Origin: Camelus ferus
Lineage: Eukaryota
Direction of reading: 5' to 3'
DNA length: 64,000 nt
Assembly: GCF_009834535.1 (NCBI RefSeq)
Contig: NC_045697.1
Coordinates: 11,162,001 to 11,226,000 of the forward strand
The translations under genes and the position numbers were made by a program. Within the stretch, counting starts at the first letter, position 1, and every line of letters begins with the position of its first letter. The notes below the pieces were generated by a model. The model was not told where the DNA came from, ran no database searches, and saw nothing but the letters and a program-made list of their open reading frames with translations. Below, piece after piece: positions 37,321-50,850 of the stretch.

Positions 37321-39207
37321 GACAAATGCAAAATAACAGGAGGCAGGAAGGATGGTGAAAAACTGCAGCACCAGAATGAAGTTCCTTGAGTTTGTTCAAA
37401 TCCAAATTAGTATCTAGAGTCTATCATTGGTCAACTGCACAACAGGCAGGAAATGTTCATTTGAATTAAGTAAAGTGCTGACAGTGAAAAGCTATTTACA
37501 CCACCTTAGCGGAATCACAAGATCTTATCTACAAGGAAGGCTTTAAGGGGAAGGAAGACCAGCCTGCAGTTGTTTACAACCTGACAGTCTTTACCAATAA
37601 TGTGTGTCCAATGGCTGTTTAGGGTGTCTTTGGATGATGGTCAGAATTAAAGCAAAGAAAGAGAAAAATCTTCAGCAGATGACAAAACCATCCCGAATCC
37701 ATCTTTGCACATTTTCCAGAAAAGACTGGATCTCTTTCAAAAGCTTTAAATAGCCCCTAACAGTAAGAAATCTGGAACACGGAAATTGTATATGTACATT
37801 CTAGGTGTATGTGTATAATTATTTTTTAACAATGTTCACAATAATGTGGGTCAGGTTGCTTTAGAAAATTGGCATAATTATGGTGGTTTGATGGCAGGTT
37901 ATTTCATAAGTAACCGTATAGACTGATACATCCACTGAAACACGCTGAAATGATGGGCAAAGGTGCTGTTTCCTCTTGGTGTAACATAGAAGCAGAACCA
38001 GTAAGTCAGGTAGATGCTCCCAGAGGAACAGATTCCTAATTCCCTGACTCTAAGAGGATGCAGAATGCAGCCAAAAGAAACTGGAACGAAAAGGGCAATG
38101 TTACCCAGATGATGCCCCCAGGGGAGGCACAGTGGAGTTTCTGCACAGAGAAAGAAACCACCTTGGCAATTTCCAAATGAAAAAGTTGGTGTATTGGGGT
38201 GATGAAAAGCCAGGCCAGATGTCTCTGTCCATGGAGCCTGCCTGCAGGTCGAGGTACAATTTACATCACTCTTTGTGAACTGGGAAGACCAGGGTGTGGG
38301 AAAAGCAGTGGAAACGTGGCTCAGAATCCCTTTGTCCAAGGCACTCCTCACTGAGCTTTACCCTTCTTGCATTCTGAATTATTCTTCAAACACAACAGAC
38401 AACATTTTGCTTTTAAAGAGAGAGACCTTTCAGCATCTATGAAATACTTATTTTGCCCTACTAATTCCCAGAGTCTCTTTCCTTATATCTCCCTCAAGCT
38501 AATTTTAATCTAATAGCTCACTCTTCCTACCCTAACATTAAACACCCTAATTTCCCAAGTTTGGGTAAGTCTTCGCTTTTCATTTCTTTGTTTTGCTTTT
38601 CAAAGTGGAGGCAGATCCTCTTTAGTAAAATAGATGGACATGTAATAATAGAACGTTAATGTGACAAGGAGCCCCAGATATTATCCAGCCCAAGTTTTAC
38701 AGGTAAATGGAAACTCAGGAAGGTTTACTTATAAATATTCCCAAGGCCATAAGATCGGCCACTGATGGACTGTCCTCCTCTTAACTACGTCTGCTGGAGA
38801 GCAAGCAAAGATTTTCCCCGGGGATCCAGTGCTCTCCAGATTTCTGCAAGTTGTGTTTGTTGCTTAATTTTGCACATGAGGATGAAAGGGCTTAATTAAA
38901 AGAATAAGGAAATGGGATGGGTGTTGGGGAGAGGAAAAGAAGCATAATATGGGCATAATGTGGAGGGGAAAGGAATGAACATGAAAACTGAATAGAAAAG
39001 CACGGGAAAACTTGGCAGCTGAGGCAGGGCAAATTCTTCGTGCAGGAAGACATGTGAGAAATAGAGTCTTCCCTCAAGAGGCTTAAAGAAATCAGCTCAC
39101 CCAGAAACTTGCCTTTTAGTATACAAAAAGAGAGAGAATTAAACAATTCAGTACAGTATTAGGCAAAGCGTAATATCAACACGAAATATGTTTAACCACT
39201 CAAAAAC

Positions 39208-40520
39208 TAAAATCAATGAAGTTAGAATACTCCCTCACACCATACACAAAAATAAACTCAAAATGGTTTAAAGACTTAAATATAAAACAAGACACTATAA
39301 ATGTCTTAGAAGAAAACATAGGCAAAACGTTATCCAACATAAATCTCAGCAATGTTCACCTACAGCACTCTACCCAAGCAATAGAAATAGAAGCAAAACT
39401 AAACAAATGGGGCCTAATTAAATTTATAAACTTTTGCACAGTCAGGGAAACCATAAGCAAAACAAAAAGACATCCTGCAGAATGGGAGAAAATATTTGTA
39501 AAAGGTGAGACTGACAAGGGCTTGATTTCCAGAATATACAAACAGCTCATAAAACTTAATAAGAATAAAAGCAAACAAGCCAATCCAAAAAATGGGCAGA
39601 AGACCTAAACAAGCAATTCTCCAGTGAAGAAATACAAATGGCAAATGGGCACATGCAAAAATATTCAATATTGCTAATTATCAGAGAAATGCAAATCAAA
39701 ATTACAATGAGGTATCACCTCACACCAGTCAGAATGGCCATCATTCAGAGGTCCATAAACAATAAATGATGGAGAGGCTGTGGAGAAAAGGGAACCCTCC
39801 AACACTCTTGGTGGGGATGTAGTTTGGTGCAGCCATTATGGAAAACAGTATGGAGATTCCTCAAAATACTAAAAATAGACTTACCATATGATCCAGCAAT
39901 CCCATTCCTGGGCATATATCCAGAGGGAACTTTAATTCAGAAAGATACATGCATTCCAATGTTCATAGCAGCACTATTTACAATGGCCAAGACATGGAAA
40001 CAGCCTAAATGTCCATTGACAGATGACTGGATAAAGAAGTTGTGGTATATTTATGCAATGGAATACTACTCAGCCATAAAAAAGAATAAAATAATGCCAT
40101 TTGCAGCAACATAGTTGGACCTGGATTTTCCATCTAAGTGAAGTAAGCCAGAAAGAGAATGAAAAATACCATATGATACCACTTATATATGGAATCCAAA
40201 AAAAAAAAAAAAAAAGACAAATGAACCTATTTACAAAACAGAAACAGACTCACAGACATAGAAAACAAACTTATGGTTACTGGTGGGGAAGAGGGTGGGA
40301 AAGGATAAATTGGGAATTAGAGATCTGCAGATACTAATATATATAAAATAGATAACAAGTTTACACTGTATAGCACAGGAAACTATATTCAACATCTTAT
40401 AGTAACTTACGGTGAAAAAGAATATGAAAACGAATATATGTATGTTCCTGTATGTATGTTCCTGTACACCAGAAATTGATGCAATATTGTAAACTGACTA
40501 TGCTTCAACAAAAAAAAAAA
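39208..40520 (+). mobile_element. 5'-truncated L1 (older relative of the 3424 element): ORF2 C-terminus, 3'UTR, poly(A)
   Basis: ORF fragments [22 protein letters not shown] and [13 protein letters not shown] are near-identical to 9235-10198; A-tail 40510-40520; possible decayed TSD aaccactcaaaaac / aagcgttcaaaaac. Confidence 0.95.
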
Positions 40521-40603
40521 GGAAAGCGTTCAAAAACCTGCAAGTCAAAAAGGGAAAAAGTATAATTTTTTTTTGTTTAAATGGATACCTCATGACTGTC
40601 AAT

Positions 40604-40623
40604 TATATATATATATATATATA
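40604..40623. repeat. (TA)n microsatellite
   Basis: tatatatatatatatatata. Confidence 0.9.
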
Positions 40624-42604
40624 GTCTATACACAGACTATATATCCATTGACTATATGATTAATAGTCAATGATGTATTTACAATGCAAATATCATGATC
40701 ACACAGCACAATAACCAATATAATATGTCTGTCCTTCATACTGATGTAATTTTTGGCTGATGCAATGTAAAAATATCCCGGTCTGTCAGTCTCCGAAGGT
40801 TACCACTAGAATGGTTTCCTTTTGAGGACAGGGTCGCATCACATGATCATATGCATCCCTGTGTCCCTTAACAGGTACAGCCAAGGCTTTGTGCAAGATG
40901 AGAGCACAACAAATATTTGTTAAATGAGAGACAGTGACGATCGATGACAAGTAAAGGAGGGGATAAGCATCCTCAAGGCTCCTCAAGACTTTTTGCCCCA
41001 GCAGACTGCTTGCAAATAAAGTGCTAAACCCCATCAAGAAATTAAAGCCACATTTAAAAATCAAATGAGATTTTTTTTTATTGGGAGGACTTGGATATCG
41101 ATCTATGGTCTGCTAATATGTGAAAACTGGTCCAGTCATCATTAACCAGATCCTAAAAATACAGAAAAGCCCTGGAATTAACACGGAAAAAGCCAGAGTC
41201 TTTGCCTCCCAGAAAATTCAAGTGCTTCTCCTTTCTTATTGTATTTCAAATGATTTCAGATTTCAAAGCAAGCATCATCTTTCACGTTAAAAACACAAAC
41301 ACAAACCTGCTAGCCCTCTCTTCTCGTGCTGCGAATTCTGTTTCTCGTAATAAAAGAGGCCTTGTAAGTTCAGCCTTGATGTGTCTTATTATTTATCATA
41401 AGGCAACACTGTTGAAAGGTAACATATATTTGTTTACAGAGGATCGGTCAAGGTAACGGTGCTGGATTACATGAAATTCAGCCCCAAATTCAAGTTTAAA
41501 ACTTATCATTTTCTCTTTGAATGGCAACTGAAAGAAAAAATACAAAACCACTAGCTCAGCCAGAGAGCAGGAGGAGGAGGAGGGGAATTCGCAAGTCTCT
41601 GAAAAATAAAGCTGCATAATCTGCTATATTTCGGGCCACCTTTATCCTCCAAATCCCCCATCTTTGTTTAAGCTACAAACGGACTTCATAAAAATCAGCT
41701 CACTGGCTTCCCCTATTATACACCTCCCTGCACAAATCAAATGAAGCTTTGGCTGAAAAGCTGATAAAAAAAAAATACACTACTACCAACACATGAGCAA
41801 GCTGATGTATTTAAAAAGTGGTTATCATTTCTAATTCTTTCCTTTCTCTGCGGGGAATAGATCATCTTTCTTAGGAGCACACACGACTCTGGCACTGAGC
41901 ACACTTCGCCCCTGCATTTGTTTTCAATAGGGATATTCTAAAATCACTACGGCACAAAGTGTTTCATCATTAGCATCGATTTTTAACACCTTGGGAGGGA
42001 AGCTAACAGTGGTAACGCAACTGTTTAATATCAGGGCATCACCAAGACCACCTCCTAATATTTGCACTCATGACGGAGTTTTTTCCTGAAGAAACACATT
42101 CTTCTTGGGCTGAAAACAATGCTGGCAAGTGATCAACCAGGTACTTGAAGTCTATGCTGTCTCATTTTGTTCTACTTTTTGTTTTGTTGATAATGAATTC
42201 TAGATTCTGGCCGGCAACCTCAGAAAGAGACAGTTCCTTCTTGGGTTTTTTTTTTTTTGGCCCTAGCTTTCCCCTGATTACTGGCATTATAGGGAGGATC
42301 CTAAGATGTCCAGAGTCCATGTCTTTTGTAACTCTGCTTTAATTCTGGGGCCTCCCACCCAAATCTCAAGGCCCCCTCTACACAGCCCCAGAGTGCCAGA
42401 AATCTCTGCTTCAGCCGTTATCACAGTGACAAGTGTACATTGTCTAATCTTTGATTAATGCCTGTCTCCTCTGTGACACTGGATTCCAGGAGAGCAGAGA
42501 CTGTTATTCATCTCTGAATATTTTACGCCCAGCCTAGTGAACTGGGCGTGATGAAAACACAATAACTGTACCACTTACCACATTATAGGTTTTTTTTCCT
42601 AATA

Positions 42605-42850
42605 ATAGTATTAGCTAATATTTACAGAGTAGGTACTCCAAACCAAGCACTTCACCTACATTAATCTCATTTATTCCTCCCTCAAACTCTATAAGGTGGC
42701 TATGAATATCAGCTTATTTTTCAGATGAGAAATGGAGGCTTAGAGGGGCTAAGTCATTTGCCCAGATATGAAAGCATGGGATAGAATTGGCATTTAAATT
42801 CACACAGGCTGACTTCAGAGCACCAGGGCTGACCCAGTACACTCATCTTC
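42605..42850 (-). mobile_element. MIR SINE
   Basis: attaatctcatttattcctc...tttcagatgagaaatggaggcttagaggggctaagtcatttgccc. Confidence 0.8.
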
Positions 42851-43314
42851 TCTCATCGCTGCTACCCATGCGGGGCCAAGAAATCCCCAGGATAAGACGG
42901 TCATGTCTCATTCATCATTGCAATGCCTGACACCAGGTACTAAGCTCCTCATTCTGAGACATTCCTAATACATACTACAACCCTGTTCTGTTGAGTATTA
43001 TCATTGTTTCTGTCCCCACTGATTGTCAGGAACACGGCAACTTGGAGTTCAAGTGACTTCTTGGAAGCCTTATGGAATGTAAGAAGCAGAGTTTAGTTTA
43101 AATTCCTGTTTGCTGGACAAAGCTTTCCCAGTGCTTCCCCAAAGGAGTTGGAATTGGAGAGACAGAGGGAAGGAAGGGAGAAAACAAATAAGCACATTGC
43201 TCTTGGTCACCGAAAGGAATCAGTAGGAAGGGAAAGGACAGAAGAAAAAGGAAAAAAGAGAGAGTCAAATAAAACAGTGTTCTGGGCTCATAGGTGGGCT
43301 TCAGGGAGGCCTTT

Positions 43315-43420
43315 GTTGAAGTAGAGTGCAGAGGAATGGAACAGAGTGGATGGGAGTGGAATAGGATGGGTTGAAATAGAATGAAATGGAACAGACTGGG
43401 TTGAAACAGAATTAAAACAC
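43315..43420. repeat. Degenerate (GGAAT/AGAAT)n pentamer repeat
   Basis: ggaatggaacagagtggatgggagtggaataggatgggttgaaatagaatgaaatggaac. Confidence 0.7.
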
Positions 43421-43480
43421 GTGGCCAGCTTTGCATTTGGCACAGACTTATTGCAACCACTGGCATCTAGGTTTACTCAT

Positions 43481-43882
43481 TGCTATGAACTTAATTGTGT
43501 CCCCGAACTCCCCAAATTCATATGCTGAACTCCTCACCAGGGCTGCATCATCATCAGTGTGACGATATTTGAGGCTGGGACCTTTGGGAGGTACTTAGGA
43601 TTAGAAGAGGTTATGAGGATGAGGTCCTTATAATGGGATTAGTGCCTTTATAAGAAGAGGTGCTGGAAGGCTCCGCCTCTCCTACTGTGTGCTCACAAAG
43701 AAGGGGTCATGTGAGCACCCAGCAAGACAGCAGCCAGGAAGAGAGCTCTCACCAGGAATCAAATCAGCCAGAACCTTGATCTTGAACTTTTCAGCCTCCA
43801 GAAGCATGAGAAAATTAATTCCTGCTACCCAAGGCACCCAGTCCAGAGTATTTAGTTAGGGCAGCCCAAGTTGCCTAATATA
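43481..43882 (+). mobile_element. MaLR solo LTR, MLT1A-like
   Basis: 5' tgctatgaacttaattgtgtcccc; atgggattagtgcctttataagaagag; ccttgatcttgaacttttcagcctccaga; near-perfect 5-bp TSD ctcat/ctcag. Confidence 0.87.
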
Positions 43883-46074
43883 CTCAGACTTTCCTTAAAG
43901 TCTTTGGGGGCCTCCTCTGCCTGCTTCAAATTCCAAACCCCTTGTTCTGGCTGAGGCTGTCTTCAGCTTGTAACATTCTTGGAGAATTTTTCTTTTGGCC
44001 ATCTGGGTCTGCCCGCCTCCATTCTAAAGCAGTCACTTTAGGAAAGCAAACCGATACAAATCCAAAGCTATCTGAGGCAAATCCAGACTCCTTTTTTAAA
44101 ACTCACCCAGTCGGCCTTTCAGACTGTGAGGAAGATTTTGAGAATGTCCCAACAGGAATTCAGAGGCCTTGCCTTGAACGGCAGATCTGTTTCTTCAAGG
44201 CAATTTAGTATAAACAATTTAGCCTATCAATCTGGAGCTGCTCAGATTCTAATCTGTCTCATTATAGATTCGAACCTGCTGCACAGAGAAAAAAAGTCTC
44301 CTTCCTCAAAGAATGCTGTTTCAAGACACCCGGATTTATGATTTTCACCTCCCAGTCTTGCCTTTTCAAAGACGCCCGGGACTTGGTCGGAGCTTTCTCA
44401 TATAAATGCAAATACAATTATTACTTATGCATTTCAATACATCCTAAAATGGTAAAGGACAATACTATGGCACTCACAATAACAATGCCTTTCTTTTTAC
44501 CCCCCGCCGAGCTCCAAATGTTACTTCATTAGCGCGATTTGATCACAATGCTCTTTGCCACCATCACGTCTATTCTAGAACCCAAGGAGGCTGCAAATGC
44601 TACATAATGTATGATTATTAACCGACATCAAGCAAATCACAGTGGCTCAGTATACTGTTTTTCTACTAATTCAGGCCCTCATTAATAACCTTAATTATTG
44701 TGCATGGACAGAATGGGATTTATACAGTACAGAAGCCTGAAACTGCTTTGGCAAACTCATTAGCATCTCCAGCTACAGTTCTATACAGAAGTCAAATTGG
44801 AAAATGTGAGACACTGCCTAATACAGAAAGGCATATTTTGATAGGAGAAAGCTGGGATGGTTTCTCATCTGTCTGTATAAACAAATACGTACATCTGAAG
44901 TATCAGCTGTTAGAGACCAGGACGGGGGCGGGGGAAAGTGGGATGCATTATTCCCTGCAAAGGAGTTTGGCAACAAAGCAAAACCAATGCAAGTTGGACA
45001 TGAACACTCTGCACTTAGGAAACTGAATTATGCAAATCCATCCCTTTCTACCTGGTTTCTCTGCAATGGCAGACTTTTTCAGGTTGGGGGGAAAGGCAGC
45101 GGGGATGTTCGTAATGCTCTGGGTTAGCTGCTGAGGTTACACAAATCATAGTCAGGGAAAGTAGCCTTGACTGGAACCGGACACACATTTTTAAAATCCA
45201 CCAGAACAAAAAGAATGACACTGTGAATCAGGACAGGCATCAAACTCAGGCCCTTTCTTAGATGGAGCGTTCAGATGAAATGTAACAGCACAACAAGAGA
45301 TGGTCCAAAATTCAATGAGGCCACTTGTTACCTTGAGACATCACATTTCCCTACATTTAATAATAACACAAGGTAGGAAGAAAAGGGGGTCTAATCTAGT
45401 CACTCCTGCTTATAGGATGCATTGGAGTGGGGATTTAGTTTAAACTTAAACCTGGAGAAGATGCTGTGAGCAGCCTAATTCAGATGAACTTTAACAAATA
45501 TCCTGATTATTGTACAGGAATACTTGGCACCTGATTCCTGAGCACTCTGGAAGCCTGTGACAAATACAGGGTGCCCATATGCCAGCTGGGAATTGTTCTT
45601 GGAATCAGGAATCTGTCTGTGACGGATCTGGCAAAGAATCTGAGCTATAAAACCAAACATTGACAACTCGAGGTTTAATATATCTGCCTCGAAGGGAAGC
45701 GATGGGCTATAATGATCTAACGGAAAAGAAAGCCCCGTGGAAAGAGCAGCGCTGGGTAAAAGTTATTTGTGTGGCTCCAGTGAATCCAGGATTTGCTCAT
45801 TTTCCAATGATCTGCTAACAGGACGAACGTTGCCTCGTGGTTTGAGAGGCACATACAAGCACTGCCTTCTGATACGACGCGTTCCGCTGTCTAACTGTTG
45901 TACACAAACCACCCTCGTCATCAAGGCAATAATTAACTCCATTTTGATGTTGCCTAATTACCATGTTTACTTTTCACACTCTTGTCACATATTGGCAATA
46001 TTTTAAAAAATATTGTTATTCATGGTAACAGATAAAACAAATAAAACCTTGATGCTTGGGAGAGACAAAGAGGT

Positions 46075-46320
46075 AGAAGACAATAGATTATGTTAGGGAG
46101 GCAGCCTGGCACGGAGAAGAGAGAACAGGATTTGGATTCAGGAGAAACAAACGAACATACAATCTGAGTTAAAATTTGGATTTGGCCTTTGTTTTCTCAC
46201 CTGATAAATGATGCTGCTGACCTGTTTAGACTCATTGGATGGATTGGAGAGATGAGATGTTTTATGAGATTCTTAACCTAGTTCATGGCCCATGGGTTCT
46301 CTTTAAGTGGCTGTAATGAT
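46075..46320 (+). mobile_element. MIR SINE (degenerate)
   Basis: ggaggcagcctggcacggagaagagagaacaggatttggattcagga 5' head; gttttctcacctgataaatg. Confidence 0.55.
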
Positions 46321-48149
46321 GAGGATGATGATGGCTAATAAAAATGCCTAGTTCAGTCAGGTCTTTGGAGTAAGATGTTTGAAAACTCATGCACTGAGAT
46401 GACTCATCCAGCAATGATAGAGTTAATCAGGTTGATTAAGTAAATGAGTGAACGAGAGAATGGATGAATGAATGCAAGAAAGAAGATGCTTTAAGGAACA
46501 TACCAAGATTACTAATCACTAACAATTTCAGAAGTTGAAACTCCAGTCCCTAAATCAGGGTCTAGTGCTCAGAATTTGTGGTAGGGAATGAAACAACTTA
46601 TTTTAAGACATTCCCAAGTGAACATTTTTGCACTGATGGGCACCACGTCCTGGGCTTTTGCCCTCACCTCATCCTGCATGGAAATGTTCATCCACGTCCA
46701 GCCCTCCCCTGACCACCCCCTTCCCTCCCTCTGCCACCACATCTCCCCCCTCCACTCCATGCCTCCCTTCCAGCTGTTGCCCACATGTGGGATGCCCCGA
46801 CTTCTCATTTTGCATCGAAGACGAGGGAGAACTGGTCCCCATCTTCTATGGACTCAGCTATGAAGTGAAAGTCTGTAAACTGGGTACAAAACAAAGAGAA
46901 AAGTCATCATCCCTCAAATTTGGGTTGATCGTGTGCCTAGACGGGATGTCAAACTATGATGCCTCTTCACATCTAAGCCTCCTGCATTTGCATTCCAGGT
47001 CACCCTCGTCTCCCCTGACATGGCGGGAGATGGGGAGCGGGAGGTCTCAGGGGTCCTGGAGGATCTGCAAGAAGATAATCTCAAACCGACTCACCAGGGG
47101 AAGTGGCTGCCCTTCCCTCCCCTGTATCTATCTATCTTCACTCTAAGAGAAGAGCAATTGTCCACGGAGCTGACGGGTAGGCGGGTGCAGGCACAGTTCC
47201 AGAGCCTCTGGGCAGCAGCCAGTATGGCCAGCAACAGCGGCCTGTGCAGTGGGAGGCCAGCCCCCCCCTCCCGTGTCCCCCTCCCACTCTCCTCCCTGAG
47301 CCTCGGCTCTGAGCAGGAGTGATCCCCTCCACCCGCCTGCCCCCTTGGCTCTCAGGCACACACATTTCACAGACGCCAACTCACAGCCTCATTCACCTGC
47401 ACACATTGTTCTCCAATCTTCCGTCCCTCTCAGAGGACTATGAAAAACAAAGGTGATGGAATAAAATTCTTCCAAATAGAAAAATTAGTTCTCCCCATAC
47501 AGTATTCCTAAGTGCATCTAATCTTTACACTGTCTATTTGCCTACATTTTTTAAAGGCTCTCTCTACCCTCAGCTTTGATTTACTCTTTTATCTACATCT
47601 CATCTCATGTAATATTTCTGTAGCACTGAATCAAAAAAAAAAATAGGGCACTGAACAGGAGAGGAGGTTAATACTTTAGCAGAAAACAAACAAACAAAAG
47701 AAATGTATTGAAGTAAGTATAGGGGAGCCTAGACAAGACCCAGAATCTTCCTGGAGGCAAGGTATCCAGCTGAAGGTTTAGGAACTTAATCTATATCATA
47801 CCCTCCAATTCTGAAGTGTTGACAATCTGTTCTTCAGTTTACTGAAAAAAAAGAAGTCTAGAATTTGTAGCCTTTTCTCTTTAGGAAGTAACATAAAATG
47901 TGGCAAAACTCGTATCAGCAGAGACATTTACACAAAAAGATTTGTTGTCAGATATTTAAATTTTTTAAAACCTAAACCAAAAACACAAAAATTGTGGGGT
48001 GTTTCTTTGGGGTCTTAATTTCAATTTAATCCCCTAAAACCAGAATAATGAAAAATATTTATGTTAACCAATTTATGCTTGGATTTAGTTTTAAATATAA
48101 ATATTGGTAATATAGGTATTTTTATATATGTAAAGAAAGTGAGTGAAAA

Positions 48150-48830
48150 TAGAAATTTAAAATGTGTTTTTTGTAATAATGACCAGTGCTGCTAGGAGTA
48201 CAGGGAAATGGACTTCTTCTTTATCTTTTGCTAATAGGAGTTTAAATTGGTACAAATTTTAAGTATCAAAATTTGGCCATATCTATTAAAAGACTCTAAA
48301 TAGAAATATATTTATAAAGTCTAGATCACTTCTATCCAGCAGTTTTCTTTTGTGAATTTATTCTAAGGAATAAACTAGGTTTATTCACAAAGATTTAGTG
48401 ATGAGATTGTACATTATGACACAATGAACAACAAAGATTAAAAGAACAATTTTAATTAAAAAATTGAAACGCACTAAATATTCGGTGGCAGGAGATCAGT
48501 TAATTATATGAATCTCATTTATAAAATAGAATATTACACAGGCATTAAAAAGGATATCATAGAAGACAACTTTATGTGAAGAAGATGCTGATTATATATT
48601 GAGTGAAGGAAAGAACAACTTAGGAAAAGTGCAGATTATATAGCTCTAATTTTGTAAAGAAAGAACATTTAAACATAGAAAACAAAGATTGGAAATACAT
48701 AAACTAATACTAAGTGATTTGTCTCTGAACTATAGATAATTTCTATTTTTACTTTTTCTTCTTTTTTCTTTTCTGTACTTAAAAAATTGTCTTCAATGAG
48801 CATTTATTGCTTGTGATTTTTTTAAACAAT
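48150..48830 (+). mobile_element. Old L1 (L1ME-like) 3' end
   Basis: taaattggtacaa...aatttggccatatctattaaa...atttattctaaggaataa; AT-rich 3'UTR. Confidence 0.7.
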
Positions 48831-49928
48831 TTATACTACTCAAGGAAGAGGTTTTAGACTAAGAATATACCTTTTATGGTGAGTCCATAGCACTTATAGA
48901 TAGCTAGTTCCTGTAGTCATTTAAATGAGTTTGTTTTAACCCCAGATCACACTCAATTCAGTTTAATAGTTAAGGTAGTTGAGTTTAATAGTCAAGGTGA
49001 GAGATATGAAGTCAAAAGCATAGGATTCAGGGGCTCCCTTTAGAATCCCCAATGGGGGGTAGCAATACCCAATGCAGTGAACTGTTTGGGAGGGGTCTAT
49101 AGACGAGACCTGTCACTCAAAGCATCAGGAAAACAAAGTTTAGGGATTTCACAAGCTCTGTCGTTGGATACACCACTGCCCCTAACCTGTCTTCCCACCA
49201 TCAAGAAGGAATGTACAACTTTCCTCATCCTGAGACCAAAATAGTGGCAATTATTATGATTTTTATAATGAAGAAGAGGGAGAAAGAAGAGGAATAAGAG
49301 GAGGAGAAAGAGGAGGAAGGAGAGGTGAGGGGGTAGCACTTAAGAATAAGACACATGAGGAGCTGTGAACACTGGAAATCTTTTTTTTTCGGCCTTCATA
49401 TGCTACATTGCCCAAGACCAGAAGCTCTCATCCAGCCTTTATGACCTTTGATGTTTATTTCTACAGGACATGAAATTAACTTGTATTTTGCTATACAAAA
49501 TCCACATTGACTCATGTCAAACGGAAAGATACACTCCGTTTTCACACTGTCTATGGAGACTTTTAAGGAGGTGTCAGAGGAAAGTGAAAATCTGGTTTGT
49601 GTGTATTAAGTATAAGGAGACACAGAACATTTGGCAAATTAATGAACAAATGTTAGGAGTGTTAAGTGTAGAATGAATGAATATGCGAATAGATGAAATA
49701 ACATTTGCGGTCCCATATTGAATACATTCTTACCATGGATTGTTTACCCATAGAATATGCAAATCTTCTCAGTGCATGCTGGGATAGTTCTAGTAATTTG
49801 GGGTTCTTTGATGAAGGGGGCAGTTAAATATTCTGGACTGGATTTTTATAAATTAGAAAATCTCTATCATTTTGGAATATCTGTCCCAAAATTTTGTGTT
49901 AGAAGAAATTAAATTTAATTTTAAAAAA

Positions 49929-49994
49929 GAGAGCGAGATAGAACAAGATAGAAATAGAGAGGAGAGCGAGATAGAACAAGATAGAAATAGAGAG
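49929..49994. repeat. Perfect 33-bp tandem duplication
   Basis: gagagcgagatagaacaagatagaaatagagag x2 (49929-49961, 49962-49994). Confidence 0.95.
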
Positions 49995-50254
49995 AGATTG
50001 AAAGAAAGGGGGCCTTCCAGTTTTTCAAATGGGGAAACTTTCAAATGGGGTCTCTTTAATGAAATTAATCTAAGGCACCACCAAAATAATCTTCCTTCAG
50101 AATATTGGATCTTGACCCCTCTATCAGTTTCTGAAACTCCTTTGATGGTATAAATATTTTAAATTTTCTTTTGCAGACAATTATTTGAAGAAGGCATGAA
50201 GAACAAGTACACAGCAGAAATGAAAGAAGGGTTAAGTTGTTATCGTTTTAAAAC

Positions 50255-50323
50255 ACACAATAGCCAAGATATGCAAGCCACCTAAGTGTCTATTAGTGGA
50301 TGAACAAATAAGCAAAATGTAGT

Positions 50324-50361
<38 letters not shown>

Positions 50362-50850
50362 GAATATTATTCAGCCACAAAAAATGGCACATTTCCATCT
50401 TGCCAATTGTGGCAACATGGGTGCACATAGAGGGTATTATGCTAGGTGAAATAACTCAGACAGAGAACGACAAATACTGTATGATATCACTTATGTGTGG
50501 CTTCTAAAAACCAAAACAAATGACCCAACAAAACCGAAACAGACTCCTGGTTACAGAGAACAAGCTGGTGGTCGCCAGCAGAGAGGGAAATAGGTGGTTG
50601 GGTGAAATAGGTGAAGGGGATTAAGAAGCACCAACTTCCAGTTATAAAATAAATAAGTCTTGGGGATGTAATATACAGCACAAAGAATATGGTTAATAAT
50701 CTTGTTATAACTTTGTATGATGGCAGATGGTTACTATACTTACTGTGGTGATCAACTGGTAAAGTATGTAAATGTCAAGTCACTAAGTTGTACACCTGAA
50801 ACTAACATAATAGTGTATGCCAACTATTCTTCAATAAAAACAAACAAACA
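50255..50850 (+). mobile_element. L1 (L1MA-like) 3' end containing (CA)n microsatellite at ~50326-50359
   Basis: cacaatagccaagatatgcaagccacctaagtgtc...gacaaatactgtatgatatcactta...gttgtacacctgaaactaa...tcaataaaaa. Confidence 0.9.

Noticed and set aside
41425..41460. Possible plus-strand 13-nt micro-exon (tttacag|aggatcggtcaag|gtaacg)
   Set aside because: Weak pyrimidine tract, not a multiple of 3, no supporting neighbouring exons
46658..47146. 162-aa Pro/Ser-rich ORF
   Set aside because: Non-AUG start, low complexity from C-rich tracts, no exon structure or recognisable domain
49872..50153. 93-aa ORF with ESEIEQDRNRE repeat
   Set aside because: Product of the 33-bp tandem duplication; TTG start, no homology recognised
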